Below are positions 18,239 through 27,550 of a stretch of DNA of 64,000 nt, one piece after another; position 1 is the stretch's first letter; the number at the start of each line of letters is the position of its first letter. Made by a program: the position numbers and the translations under genes. The notes below the pieces were generated by a model. That model did no database searches and was not told where the DNA came from. It saw only the letters and a list, made by a program, of their open reading frames with translations. The DNA lies in contig DATGIT010000014.1 of assembly GCA_035295545.1 (NCBI GenBank), positions 66,449-130,448 of the forward strand. The letters run 5' to 3'. The DNA comes from Candidatus Binataceae bacterium. Lineage in GTDB: Bacteria > Desulfobacterota > Binatia > Binatales > Binataceae.

Positions 18239-20209
18239 TTGAACGATACCATCTGCTTCAAGATGGGATCTTTCCTCTTATCGTATGACATCAGATCTCG
18301 CTCGGCGGCAAAGGAAGTCGAAGTTTCGCCTTTTTTCCGTCTGAATTGCAGCCGAATCACAGGTTCGGAATTCCTTTTTGCCGCTGTTTTGGGACTCGCG
18401 GTCGAGATGCTTCGGCAACGGGTAACCAACGTGTACTTCCTCTGTCGGCCAGTGCCATGGGTCTACTTGCCGCTGCTCGCCTACCAGGACGTGTTTGTCA
18501 TGACGGTGCTGGCATGGGTGGCGCACGGGTTTTTCTGGTTTGCACGAAGCCCGCGCGCGTCCCGAAGCGTGACACGCGCAGGCTACTGCGTGGTGTTGCT
18601 GCTCGCGGTCTGGGGTGCCGTGGATAACATCATCTTCTCGTATCTCCATACGGACGCCACCTACAAACTGTTTATTCTCTCTGATGATCTGCACCTGATT
18701 TCGGGCTCAATTCCGTACGCGATGGGTGCGGCTACGCCGTACGTATGGGTGCTCATAGGAATTCTGACCACGATAGCGGTGACCGAGGGTCTGTCGCGCT
18801 ACGCGCCCGATTTTCTGCGCCATGCGCGGGCGCGCTTCTATTCGCCGCTCTGCCTGGCTCTTATCCTGATTTATGTTGTGGGAGCGCATGCCTGGGCAGC
18901 GCGGCATCTCCGCTATCCGTCCGCGGCGCTCAATGCGGAATGGGCGTTCATCTCGCCGTGGTTCGAGAAGAAACCTCTGCCCAGCTCTGCACTGGCTGAT
19001 TACTACGACGATTTCGAACCCGAAGGGAGACGTCCCGCATATGCCTCGGTCTGGCCGGCGCTTTTGCCGACGACGCCGCGGTACAATGTGGTGATGGTGG
19101 TGATGGAGTCGGTGGGGGCGCACAACCTCGGCCTGTACGGGGCACCATACGATGACACTCCGCAACTAAAACGGTTGGAGAGCCACGCGGCGGTTTTCAA
19201 CCACATTTACGCGGCGCAGGGCAACACGTCCGCCGCAATGACGGCGTTGTTCTGCTCGCTGTATCCGCGGCTTGACTGGTTTCCGGTTCCGCGATGGCAT
19301 CCGGACCTGGCCTCTCGCGGGTTGCCCGCGCTGCTCGAGCAGCACGGCTATGCGACCGCGCTCATCGATTCAGGATCCATATCCGAGGATCGGCGCTCCG
19401 AGTTCCTGCTCGATCACGGTTTCACCAGCGTTGTGGCGGAGCATCGCGATCCGCGCCTGCCGCAGGATCCACCGCTGTTATCGGCCGCAGTCGATTGGAT
19501 CGACGCGCACCGGACGAAGCCGTTTTTTCTTACTCTGTGGACGATGGACACCCATCATCCGTATATCGCGGCCGGCGACCGAAGTTTCGCCGTGCGCGAT
19601 CCGATGCTCAACCGGTATTTGAACGGCGTGCAATCGATCGACGCGCTGATTGGCAGGCTGGCCGATCGGCTCCAGCAAATGGGGCTTGCAGACAACACCC
19701 TGCTGGTGATCACAGGGGATCATGGCGAAGCCTTCGGCGAGCACGGAGAGACCGTGCACGGCTTCACGGTTTACAACGAAGAATTGCAGGTGCCGCTGAT
19801 GATCGTGAATCCGCGCCTGTTCCGCGAGCGCCTGCCGGTGGACCAGCCGGGACGGCAAATTGATATCGCGCCGACGCTGCTGAGCCTGCTCGGTCTGCCC
19901 TCGCCGGCGCAGTGGCAGGGCGTGTCGCTGTTCCGTTGGCGGCCGCATCGGCGCGCCTACCTGTTCGCGGACGATACCAACTTCATCCTCGGCGTCATTG
20001 ACGCGCACATGATGAAGTACATCTACGACTTCAATCTTGGCCGCGCGCAGCTCTACGATCTGGCGGCCGATCCCGATGAGCGTCATGATCTCGCCGGCGA
20101 TTCGACTTATGCCGCAACGATGGCTCGTGACAAACTGCGTCTCCAGGCCTGGGCTTCGTTCCAGGACCCTTACCTGCGAAGCCTGGCCGCCACGGCGGAC
20201 AACCAATAG
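18239..20209 (+). CDS. sulfatase-like (LTA synthase / alkaline phosphatase superfamily) membrane protein
   Basis: 656 aa. N-terminal TM segments. Sulfatase-domain motifs (VVMVVMESVGAHNLGLYG, LVITGDHGEAFGEHGETVHG). True start may be downstream of the track start. Confidence 0.75.
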   Translation: MNDTICFKMGSFLLSYDIRSRSAAKEVEVSPFFRLNCSRITGSEFLFAAVLGLAVEMLRQRVTNVYFLCRPVPWVYLPLLAYQDVFVMTVLAWVAHGFFWFARSPRASRSVTRAGYCVVLLLAVWGAVDNIIFSYLHTDATYKLFILSDDLHLISGSIPYAMGAATPYVWVLIGILTTIAVTEGLSRYAPDFLRHARARFYSPLCLALILIYVVGAHAWAARHLRYPSAALNAEWAFISPWFEKKPLPSSALADYYDDFEPEGRRPAYASVWPALLPTTPRYNVVMVVMESVGAHNLGLYGAPYDDTPQLKRLESHAAVFNHIYAAQGNTSAAMTALFCSLYPRLDWFPVPRWHPDLASRGLPALLEQHGYATALIDSGSISEDRRSEFLLDHGFTSVVAEHRDPRLPQDPPLLSAAVDWIDAHRTKPFFLTLWTMDTHHPYIAAGDRSFAVRDPMLNRYLNGVQSIDALIGRLADRLQQMGLADNTLLVITGDHGEAFGEHGETVHGFTVYNEELQVPLMIVNPRLFRERLPVDQPGRQIDIAPTLLSLLGLPSPAQWQGVSLFRWRPHRRAYLFADDTNFILGVIDAHMMKYIYDFNLGRAQLYDLAADPDERHDLAGDSTYAATMARDKLRLQAWASFQDPYLRSLAATADNQ

Positions 20210-20414
20210 ACTTCACTGACTGCGGGGTCTGGTTCCAGCCTGTACCGCTCGCGGCAGTGGGCATCCGGAGTCGTTTGGCCCGGCCGGCGCCGGAGCGCGC
20301 GCGGCCCGGCCCCGCTCGCCAAAGCGCCCTGTCGGGCCCGAAGGACGGCTGGCGTATACTGTTGCAAGTCAGATAAACTCGATGAGCCGCTGGACCTGGC
20401 CGGGGAGCGGTCCC

Positions 20415-20831
20415 ATGTCTGAGCAGCAATCGATTCTTGAAGCGAATCGCGCTTTTTATCGCGCATTCGAAAGCCTGGACATTGAAAAAATGAGCGCGGT
20501 CTGGCTGCGCGACCCGCGCATCGTATGCATTCATCCCGGATGGCGTCGACTGGTCGGCTGGGGCCCGATCATGACCAGTTGGGAGCGCATCTTCGAGAGC
20601 GTGTTCGAAGTCAAGATCGAGCTGGGCGACGCACAGATAGTAACCAGCGGCGACCTGGCGGTGGTGATCGTCGAGGAGAACCTGGTCCAGCGCGGTTACG
20701 ACGGTCCGGCGCGTTCGCAGGTGCTGGCGACCAACGTGTTCGAGCGCGCGCAGGATCGATGGTGGCTCGTGTCGCATCACGGCTCCCCGGTGCTTGAGCC
20801 GTCGCAGTCGGGCGAGCCGCCGTTGCAATAG
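20415..20831 (+). CDS. SnoaL-like / NTF2-fold (DUF4440-like) protein
   Basis: Start moved to ATG at 20415 (MSEQQSILEANRAFYRAFE), with GGGGAG 7 nt upstream. Ketosteroid-isomerase-like fold features. Confidence 0.65.
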   Translation: MSEQQSILEANRAFYRAFESLDIEKMSAVWLRDPRIVCIHPGWRRLVGWGPIMTSWERIFESVFEVKIELGDAQIVTSGDLAVVIVEENLVQRGYDGPARSQVLATNVFERAQDRWWLVSHHGSPVLEPSQSGEPPLQ

Positions 20832-20853
20832 GAAGTCACAACAAGAGGCAATT

Positions 20854-21327
20854 ATGAAATCCGCATCGATGACCTGGGCGTTCAGTCTGCTCCTGGCCGT
20901 ATGCCTGACGCCGAACTTGCGCGGCATCGCGCCGCGAACCTCGTCAGCACGACCGCCCGTCGCTCTGGTGCAGACCGATCCGCCGGTCGCCTTGCCGGGT
21001 TCCGCAGACGTCCCGGCGCCCGGGATGGGCGATGAAAACGGGTCCGAGGCCGGGCAGACCGAGGGTGCCGACCCGGATGCGGCAACGCCTCCCGATGCCG
21101 GGGCGGCGCCTGAAGATCAGGGAGCAGGCGCAAACGGCGGCATGACCGACCCCAACGCGGGCGTCGATCGGCCGCAGGACAATCCCGATGCGCAGCTTCC
21201 GCAAACCAATATGCAGCCGCCCGCGGATGAGAATGACGACGGCTCGTCGGCCGAGCAGCGGAAGCAATCGTCAGATAACGACGCCGACCAGGACGCTCCC
21301 GTCGCTCCCGCCGACGACGACAATTAG
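20854..21327 (+). CDS. secreted acidic low-complexity protein
   Basis: ATG at 20854 preceded by AAGAGG. Signal peptide MKSASMTWAFSLLLAVCLTPNLRG, then a D/E/P/A-rich sequence. The ORF-track TTG start at 20794 overlaps the previous gene and is unlikely. Confidence 0.5.
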   Translation: MKSASMTWAFSLLLAVCLTPNLRGIAPRTSSARPPVALVQTDPPVALPGSADVPAPGMGDENGSEAGQTEGADPDAATPPDAGAAPEDQGAGANGGMTDPNAGVDRPQDNPDAQLPQTNMQPPADENDDGSSAEQRKQSSDNDADQDAPVAPADDDN

Positions 21328-21367
21328 CCGCGAATGATCGTCTGCGGGGTGCCGGCGCAGCGCCGGC

Positions 21368-22546
21368 TCAGTCCGTCGCGCGCATCGCGCGGGTCAGGAT
21401 CGCCGCGATCTCGGGCCGCGTGAACTCGGGCGGCGGCGCCTCGCCGCGGCGCAGCATCTCGCGCACCTTGGTGCCCGAGAGCAGCAGGCGGTCGGCGTCG
21501 TCGTGCGGACAGGTCTTGTACGAAGCCATCGCCGCGCATTTGCGGCAATAGAAAGTGTTCTCGAAAGTTAGCGGAACGATGCCGATTTCGTCCGGGCTGA
21601 AGCGGTCGAAGATCTTCTGCGCATCGTAAGTGCCGTAGTAGCTGCCCACGCCGGCATGATCGCGTCCGACGATGAAATGCGTGCAGCCGTAATTGCGCCG
21701 CACGATCGCGTGGAGAATCGCCTCGCGCGGCCCGCCATAGCGCATGTGCGCCGGCATCACCGCGAGCATCGCCCGATCGCGCGGGTAGTACAACTCGAGC
21801 ATCACCTTGTAGGTCTCCATCCGCACCGCGGCCGGGACGTCGTCGCCTTTGGTCTCGCCGACCAGCGGATGGAGCAGCAGGCCGTCACAGATCTCGAGCG
21901 CCGCTTTCTGGATATATTCATGCGCGCGATGGGTCGGGTTGCGAGTCTGGAACGCGACGATCTTGCGCCATCCGCGCGCCGCGAACGCCGCGCGGGTCTG
22001 GCGCGGCTCGAGCCGGTACTCGAGGAAGTTGCGGCTCGGGATTTCGGCGAGCAGCGTGACCTCGCCGCCGAGGCACCAGGGCGGCGTGGCGAGCACATTG
22101 GCGGCTCCCGGATGCGCCAGGTCGGCGGTCCCGAATACCGCCTGCGCCTCGCGCGCACGGTCCACGCGGAAAATCTCCGCCAGCTTCATTATCGCGAGCC
22201 GCGCGCCGGCGGCGTCGGCCAGCGCGACCTCGTCGCCCGGTTTGAGCGCGCGCGCTTCGGCCTCGCCCACGCCGAGTGTGATCGGGATCGACCACGGCGC
22301 GCCAGCGGCCAGCCGCATCTCGTCCCGGCTGCGAACGTAATCGGCCTCGCCCATGAAGCCGCGCAGCGGCGAGAACGCGCCCGACGCCAGCATCTCGAGG
22401 TCGGCGAGTTCGCGCGCGCCGAGCGCGATCGTCGTGAGACCCTCGGCGCGGCGCGCGAGCGCGGCGCGCTCGGGCGCCGGCGCCTTGAGATCGACGAGCG
22501 CGCCGCCGCCGTGCGCGCCGATTGCTTCACCGGGTCCGTTGCTCAT
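21368..22546 (-). CDS. sat: sulfate adenylyltransferase (ATP sulfurylase)
   Basis: 393 aa from Met at 22546 ([12 protein letters not shown]). Motifs [33 protein letters not shown] and GRDHAGVG. The first 174 aa of the track ORF are the overlapping frame of cysC. ATGA overlap with the cysC stop. Confidence 0.85.
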   Translation of the reverse strand: MSNGPGEAIGAHGGGALVDLKAPAPERAALARRAEGLTTIALGARELADLEMLASGAFSPLRGFMGEADYVRSRDEMRLAAGAPWSIPITLGVGEAEARALKPGDEVALADAAGARLAIMKLAEIFRVDRAREAQAVFGTADLAHPGAANVLATPPWCLGGEVTLLAEIPSRNFLEYRLEPRQTRAAFAARGWRKIVAFQTRNPTHRAHEYIQKAALEICDGLLLHPLVGETKGDDVPAAVRMETYKVMLELYYPRDRAMLAVMPAHMRYGGPREAILHAIVRRNYGCTHFIVGRDHAGVGSYYGTYDAQKIFDRFSPDEIGIVPLTFENTFYCRKCAAMASYKTCPHDDADRLLLSGTKVREMLRRGEAPPPEFTRPEIAAILTRAMRATD

Positions 22547-23103
22547 CGTCCGACTCCATCGCGGCTGATAAAACGGCGCTCTTCGAGACTGGCGAGCAGC
22601 CGGGCGAGACTCTCGTGCGGAGCTTCGCGGCTGGTGACGATCGTCAACTCGGGGGCGAGCGGCGGCTCGTAGGGATCGGAGACGCCGGTGAAGCCCTTGA
22701 GTTCGCCGGCCAGCGCTTTTTTGTACAGTCCCTTGACGTCGCGCTCGACGAGGGTTTCGAGCGGGCACTCGACGTAGGTTTCGAAAAAGCGCGCGTGCTG
22801 GGCGCGCACCTCGTCGCGCACCTCGCGATAGGGCGAGATGGCCGCGGCGATCGCAATCACGCCGTTGCGCGCGAGCAGCTTGCATACGTAGCCGATGCGC
22901 CTGATGTTGGTGTCGCGATCCTCTTTGGAAAAGCCGAGCCCCTTGGACAGATGGGTGCGCACTTCGTCGCCGTCCAGGACCTCGACCCGGTATCCGCGCC
23001 GGCGCAACTCCTCGGCGGCCAGGTTGGCCAGGGTGGACTTGCCCGCGCCCGAGAGACCGGTGAACCACAAGGTAAAGCCCTCGCTCATCGTGTTGGAATT
23101 CAT
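22543..23103 (-). CDS. cysC: adenylyl-sulfate kinase
   Basis: 186 aa. P-loop [14 protein letters not shown]-kinase-like LDGDEVR...G.GFS.EDR region. Confidence 0.85.
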   Translation of the reverse strand: MNSNTMSEGFTLWFTGLSGAGKSTLANLAAEELRRRGYRVEVLDGDEVRTHLSKGLGFSKEDRDTNIRRIGYVCKLLARNGVIAIAAAISPYREVRDEVRAQHARFFETYVECPLETLVERDVKGLYKKALAGELKGFTGVSDPYEPPLAPELTIVTSREAPHESLARLLASLEERRFISRDGVGR

Positions 23104-23170
23104 CTCCCGATTAAGGATTAGGGATCGAGCAAATCAAGCTATTTAATGCAGGCCCGCGCCGCAATATTGC

Positions 23171-23905
23171 CTAGTCGGCCGCGTTCCGCGGTGCGAGACC
23201 GAGATGGAGGCTCATTTCCGCCGGCGAAGCAAAGACCGGCGACGCGCCCAGCGCGACGAGCCGCTCGCGCCCTTGTGGCCGCGCATTCACGCCGTAAAAG
23301 CGAACTCGCGCGGCGGCCGCGGCGCGAAGGTCGCTCTCGCTGTCGCCCACGAACGCCGCCTGCGACGGCTCGAGCCGGGCATCCGCCAGCGCGCGCTCCA
23401 GGGTTGCGGGCGAGGGCTTGAGGGCGAGGCGGCTGTCGCGTCCGACGATCCGATCGACGAGGCCGGCCGCGCCGCGCGCGCGCATCCATGCCGCGACCGT
23501 GCGCGACGAATTCGAGGTGACGATTGCGATCGCGGCGCCGGCGGCGCGCAACGCGCCGAGCAGCTCGAGCGCGCCGGGCGCCGGACTTACCGCATCGACG
23601 CCGGCGAGTTCGTAACGTTCGATTATCGCGCATGCGCCGTCAAGGAGCGCGGCCGCGGCGCCGCCGCGCGCCTCGCGCGCAAACGCGGCGCGTGCCGCCT
23701 CGGGCCATGTGGCGTGCGCGGGCTCGCCGCCGGCGGCGAGCCGCGCGCGCAACGCCTCGTACAACAACAGGTTGCCGCGCGGAATTTCCTCGAACAGCGC
23801 CGGCGCGATGCCCGCCGCGGCGAGCCATGCCTGCAATTCGCGCCTGCCGGCGGCCCAATCAACCGCCGGCTCGAGCGGCGCCAGTGTGTTATCGAAATCG
23901 AACAT
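23171..23905 (-). CDS. HAD-superfamily hydrolase
   Basis: Start moved to Met at 23905 (MFDFDNTLAP, the DxDxT nucleophile motif). HAD motifs III/IV (VTSNSSR, FVGDSESD). The first 103 aa of the track ORF are an Arg-rich shadow. Confidence 0.65.
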   Translation of the reverse strand: MFDFDNTLAPLEPAVDWAAGRRELQAWLAAAGIAPALFEEIPRGNLLLYEALRARLAAGGEPAHATWPEAARAAFAREARGGAAAALLDGACAIIERYELAGVDAVSPAPGALELLGALRAAGAAIAIVTSNSSRTVAAWMRARGAAGLVDRIVGRDSRLALKPSPATLERALADARLEPSQAAFVGDSESDLRAAAAARVRFYGVNARPQGRERLVALGASPVFASPAEMSLHLGLAPRNAAD

Positions 23906-23979
23906 CCAAAGTCTATGGCCGGCGCCTCGTTCGCGCGCTTTTCCGGGGATTGCGGCGAGGCCGGACGCGCGCGGCGTGC

Positions 23980-24651
23980 TCACGGCGTCTCGCAGGCGCA
24001 GCGCGCCGGCGCGACGCCCTCCGATGGGCGTCGAGTCAGTGCAGCTGTGCGGGTCGCCAAGCCGGTAAATTCGATCACTCGCGGTCCGGACATCTCGCCG
24101 ACGCCCGCCAGCATGCGGAGGCATTCGGCCACCGCGACCATCGCGACGACGCCGGCATTTGCGGCGCGATCGCCGATCGCGCTCAGCAGCTTCGCGTCGG
24201 CGCATAGCGGGCACGGCGGCGGCGCCGGCAACATCGCGATCCGGCCCGGTGAGTCGAGCCGCGCCAGGATCGCCGAGCGGGGGCGCCGTGCCCGGAAAAG
24301 CCGCTCGGCGACGGCGGCGGCCGCGGCGTCGCCGAGCAACGCGAGTACCGGATCGGCGCCGACGCCCGGCGCCGGCTCAGCATCCTTCGCGGCGATTTCA
24401 ACCGCGACATCGGCGTCGAGGTCGTTCATTCGCCCGACCAGCCTTCGATACGTCCGAGGTTCGGCCGCGGGATGGATCGCGATATGGCCGACACCCGCTC
24501 CTGCCAGGTACAACGCCGCGGTCTCGGCGGCGGCGGGCGCGGCAACGATCGCCACGCGGGCGGTGCGCAGGCGCTCCTGGGTGCCTGCGCCGAAGCCCGG
24601 CACGATTATCTGCCGGCTGTATCGCTCGATTTGTTCGTCGCTCAGAATCAT
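23980..24651 (-). CDS. ThiF/MoeB-like (E1-like) protein with degenerate nucleotide-binding loop
   Basis: 223 aa. N-terminal LSDEQIERYSRQI is the characteristic E1 motif, but the expected GxGxxG loop is replaced by RVAIVAAPAAAETAALYLAGAGVGHIAI. Single CPLC motif. Confidence 0.6.
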   Translation of the reverse strand: MILSDEQIERYSRQIIVPGFGAGTQERLRTARVAIVAAPAAAETAALYLAGAGVGHIAIHPAAEPRTYRRLVGRMNDLDADVAVEIAAKDAEPAPGVGADPVLALLGDAAAAAVAERLFRARRPRSAILARLDSPGRIAMLPAPPPCPLCADAKLLSAIGDRAANAGVVAMVAVAECLRMLAGVGEMSGPRVIEFTGLATRTAALTRRPSEGVAPARCACETP

Positions 24652-24713
24652 ACGCCGGCGGTTTCGGACGCGGCACCGCAGTGCTTCGCGCGGATGCGCG
24701 CCCAGCGGGCAGG

Positions 24714-24959
24714 CTACTCGATCACGTTTTTCTCGATCGGCTCGACCGTCACGCCGCTTTGCCGCAGCCAGGCAAGCGCGCGCTCGATCTGCTCGTTGGA
24801 GCCCTCGAATTCCACCGCGACCAGGCCCATCTCTTCCGAGACGCTCGCGCCGCGGATATTGAACACCAGGTCGAACTTCTTGACCAGGTGATAAAGCAGG
24901 GGCTCGCGGATGAGCGATTTGGGGTAAGTCAGGTAGTAGCGCTCGCGGAGGCGTTCCAT
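24714..24959 (-). CDS. NIL domain-containing small protein
   Basis: 81 aa from Met at 24959 (MERLRERYYLTYPKSLIREPLLYHLVKKFDLVFNIRGASV...). Resembles the NIL domain at the MetN C-terminus and in sulfur-metabolism-associated small proteins. The upstream part of the track ORF is a shadow of cysM. Confidence 0.5.
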   Translation of the reverse strand: MERLRERYYLTYPKSLIREPLLYHLVKKFDLVFNIRGASVSEEMGLVAVEFEGSNEQIERALAWLRQSGVTVEPIEKNVIE

Positions 24960-25975
24960 TTGCTGACGAGCTTTTCCAGGCGCTCCTTGCGCCACTGTTC
25001 CCATCCGATCCAGAGATTGGTGGATAGATACTTGTCGCCGAAATCCGGAAACACAGTCACCACGCAGCCGTCGCGCAGCTCGCGCGCGACGCGCAGCGCC
25101 GCAACCATCGCCGCGCCCGAGGACTGGCCGACCAGCACACCCTCGAGCTGGCCGAGCGCGTACACCATCTCGTAGGCGTCTTCGGTGCCGATCGCGATGC
25201 GGTCGTCGAGTTCTTCGGCGTGAAAGATGCCGGGGACAATCGAGGACGCCATGTGCTTGAGCCCCTCGAGCCCGTGCATTGCGTCGTCGGGCTCGACCGC
25301 GATCACTTTTATCGCGTCGTTTTGCGCTTTCAGATAGCGGCCGGTGCCCATCACGGTTCCGCCGGTGCCGATGCCGGCGACGAAGTGGGTGACTTCGCCC
25401 GCGGTCTGGCACCAGATCTCGGGCCCGGTGGTTTCAAAATGCGCCAGCGGGTTGGCCTCGTTGTTGTACTGATCGGGCTTGAAGTATTTTTCGGGGTTGG
25501 TGGCGATGATTTTGCGCGAGAGCGTGATCGCGCCGTCCGAGCCTTCGAGCGGATCGGAATAGATCGGCTTGGCGCCGAAGGCTTCGATGATCTTCTTGCG
25601 CTCGCGGCTCACGTTGGAGGCCATCACGATCTCGACCGGATAGCCGAGCGCCGCCCCGACCATCGCGAGCGCGATGCCGGTGTTGCCGGAGGTCGAATCG
25701 ATGATCACCTTGCCCGGGCGCAGCTCGCCGCGCTTGAGCCCCAGCTCGAGCATCTGGCGCACGGCGCGATCCTTGACCGAGCCGCCGGGGTTGAAGCCCT
25801 CGAGCTTGGCGAAAATCCGCACGCCCGGGCGCAGCAGGCCCTCGGTCACGCGCGTGATCTCGAGCAGCGGCGTGTTGCCGATGAGCTCGAGCACGCTGTG
25901 CGCGCGCGACGGCGGAACGTGCTCGAGGCTAGCGGCCGCCGGCGATTGCCGGGACGATTGAAATATCGTCGCCAT
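24929..25975 (-). CDS. cysteine synthase family PLP-dependent enzyme (CysM/CysK-like)
   Basis: 348 aa from Met at 25975 (MATIFQ). LELIGNTPLLEI and the PLP-lysine motif SVKDR. Overlaps the 3' end of the moaD-like gene by 44 nt and the NIL gene by 31 nt. Confidence 0.8.
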   Translation of the reverse strand: MATIFQSSRQSPAAASLEHVPPSRAHSVLELIGNTPLLEITRVTEGLLRPGVRIFAKLEGFNPGGSVKDRAVRQMLELGLKRGELRPGKVIIDSTSGNTGIALAMVGAALGYPVEIVMASNVSRERKKIIEAFGAKPIYSDPLEGSDGAITLSRKIIATNPEKYFKPDQYNNEANPLAHFETTGPEIWCQTAGEVTHFVAGIGTGGTVMGTGRYLKAQNDAIKVIAVEPDDAMHGLEGLKHMASSIVPGIFHAEELDDRIAIGTEDAYEMVYALGQLEGVLVGQSSGAAMVAALRVARELRDGCVVTVFPDFGDKYLSTNLWIGWEQWRKERLEKLVSKWNASASATT

Positions 25976-26207
25976 CCTTGACCTGCGAGTTGAGCTGGTT
26001 GAGGAATCGGATGTCGTCGCCGTTGAGATAAATGTTGACGAAGCGGCGCAGCTCGCCCTTGTCGTCGAGCAGCCGCTCGCGCATTCCCGGATGACGTTTT
26101 TCGAGGTCCTCGATGACCGCGCGCACGGACTCGCCGACGGCCGCCACTTCATCGGTGCCGCCGGTGAACCGGCGCAGGGGGGTGGGTACGCGCACCTTGA
26201 TTGCCAT
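25929..26207 (-). CDS. MoaD/ThiS-family sulfur-carrier protein (CysO-like), C-terminus GG-R
   Basis: 92 aa: MAIKVRVPTPLRRFTGGTDEV...IYLNGDDI...DGDDISIVPAIAGGR. Beta-grasp size and a Gly-Gly one residue before the C-terminus. Confidence 0.7.
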   Translation of the reverse strand: MAIKVRVPTPLRRFTGGTDEVAAVGESVRAVIEDLEKRHPGMRERLLDDKGELRRFVNIYLNGDDIRFLNQLNSQVKDGDDISIVPAIAGGR

Positions 26208-26277
26208 ATGCTGAATTTCCTACCTCACAAGAGATTATCTGTCATGCGAATGCTGCGCCACCGGCAAAAGCGCCGGC

Positions 26278-27540
26278 TCAGGCCGCGCCCTTGAGCGAGC
26301 GTTTGCCGTCGCCGAGCCGCTCGTAAATCGCGTCGAAATCCTTGAGCCGCGCTTCGATCACCAGCGGCGGCTCGATGCTTTGCGCGACCGCCTCGAGCGT
26401 CTTGTAGCCGTTGCCGGTGATCGATACCACCACGCTCTCATCGGTCTTGATGCGCCCTGAGGCGATGAGCTTGAGCGCCACGGCCAGCGTGGTGCCGCCG
26501 GCGGGTTCGGCAAAGATGCCCTCGGTGCGCGCCAGCAGCTTGATCGCCTCGATGATCTCGGCATCGGCGGCGGCTTCGCCCCATCCGCCCGATTCGCGCA
26601 CCGCGCGCAGCACATAGAAGCCGTCGGCCGGGTTGCCGATCGCGATCGACTTCGCGATGGTGTCGGGCTTGACCGGAGTTATCAGGTCGGTGTTCTTGTG
26701 CAGCGCGTGCACCACCGGCGCCGAGCCCGCGGCCTGGGCGCAATGAATCTTGAACTCACCGCCATGCACCAGGCCGACTTCCTTCAGCTCTTTGAAGGCC
26801 TTGGCGACCTTGGGCAGGATGGTGCCGCCGGCGGTCGGCAGCACGATGTGGTGGGGCAGCTTCCATCCGAGCTGCTCGGCGACCTCGAAGCCGAAGGTCT
26901 TGGCGCCTTCGGTGTAATAGGGTCGGAGATTGATATTTACGAAGGCCCATCCGTACTTGTCCGCGATCTCGCTGCACAGCCGGTTGACGTCGTCATAGTT
27001 GCCGCGAATCGTGATCACGCGCGCGCCGTAGATCGACGAGCCGACGATTTTGCCCGACTCGACGCCTTCGGGCATGAAGATTACCGAGCGCAGCCCGGCG
27101 CGCGCCGCGTGCGCCGCGACCGCCGTGGCCAGGTTGCCGGTCGAGGCGCACGAAACCGTGGTGAAGCCGAAGTCGCGCGCCTTGGTGATCGCCACCGACA
27201 CCACCCGATCTTTGTACGAGAGGGTCGGATGGTTGACGGTGTCGTCCTTGATGTAGAGTTTTTTGAGCCCCAGTTCCGCGCCCAGGCGCCGCGCGTGCAG
27301 CAGCGGGGTGAAGCCCGAGAACGGCCCGGCCTCGGGTTCGCCGTCGACCGGCAGCAGCTCGCGGTAGCGCCAGAGGTTGTGCGGGCGCGAGCCGATCGCG
27401 GCGCGCGAAACCGCCGCGCGAATCGCGGCATAGTCGTAGATCACCTCGAGCGGCCCGAAGCAGTCCTCGCATACATGGAGCGGCTTGATCGGATACTCCT
27501 GGCCGCACTCGCGGCATTTCAGATTGGTGACGTGGCTCAT
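26278..27540 (-). CDS. threonine-synthase-like PLP enzyme with N-terminal zinc ribbon
   Basis: 420 aa. N-terminal CRECGQEYPIKPLHVCEDCFGPLE (C-x2-C..C-x2-C). ThrC-family core (TLSYKDRVVSVAITKA with the PLP lysine, CASTGNLATAVAAHAARAG). Sits between a moeB-like and a moaD-like gene, downstream of a SAM riboswitch. Confidence 0.8.
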   Translation of the reverse strand: MSHVTNLKCRECGQEYPIKPLHVCEDCFGPLEVIYDYAAIRAAVSRAAIGSRPHNLWRYRELLPVDGEPEAGPFSGFTPLLHARRLGAELGLKKLYIKDDTVNHPTLSYKDRVVSVAITKARDFGFTTVSCASTGNLATAVAAHAARAGLRSVIFMPEGVESGKIVGSSIYGARVITIRGNYDDVNRLCSEIADKYGWAFVNINLRPYYTEGAKTFGFEVAEQLGWKLPHHIVLPTAGGTILPKVAKAFKELKEVGLVHGGEFKIHCAQAAGSAPVVHALHKNTDLITPVKPDTIAKSIAIGNPADGFYVLRAVRESGGWGEAAADAEIIEAIKLLARTEGIFAEPAGGTTLAVALKLIASGRIKTDESVVVSITGNGYKTLEAVAQSIEPPLVIEARLKDFDAIYERLGDGKRSLKGAA

Positions 27541-27550
27541 CGCATGATCC

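Noticed and set aside
21656-22672. 338-aa plus ORF and several internal minus ORFs within sat/cysC
   Set aside because: Shadow frames of the Sat and CysC genes. Also, the first 174 aa of the 566-aa track ORF are out-of-frame readthrough across cysC and not part of Sat.
24159-25175. 338-aa plus-strand ORF spanning the ThiF-like/NIL/cysM region
   Set aside because: Arg/Ser/Pro-rich shadow frame antisense to three minus-strand genes with recognisable domains.
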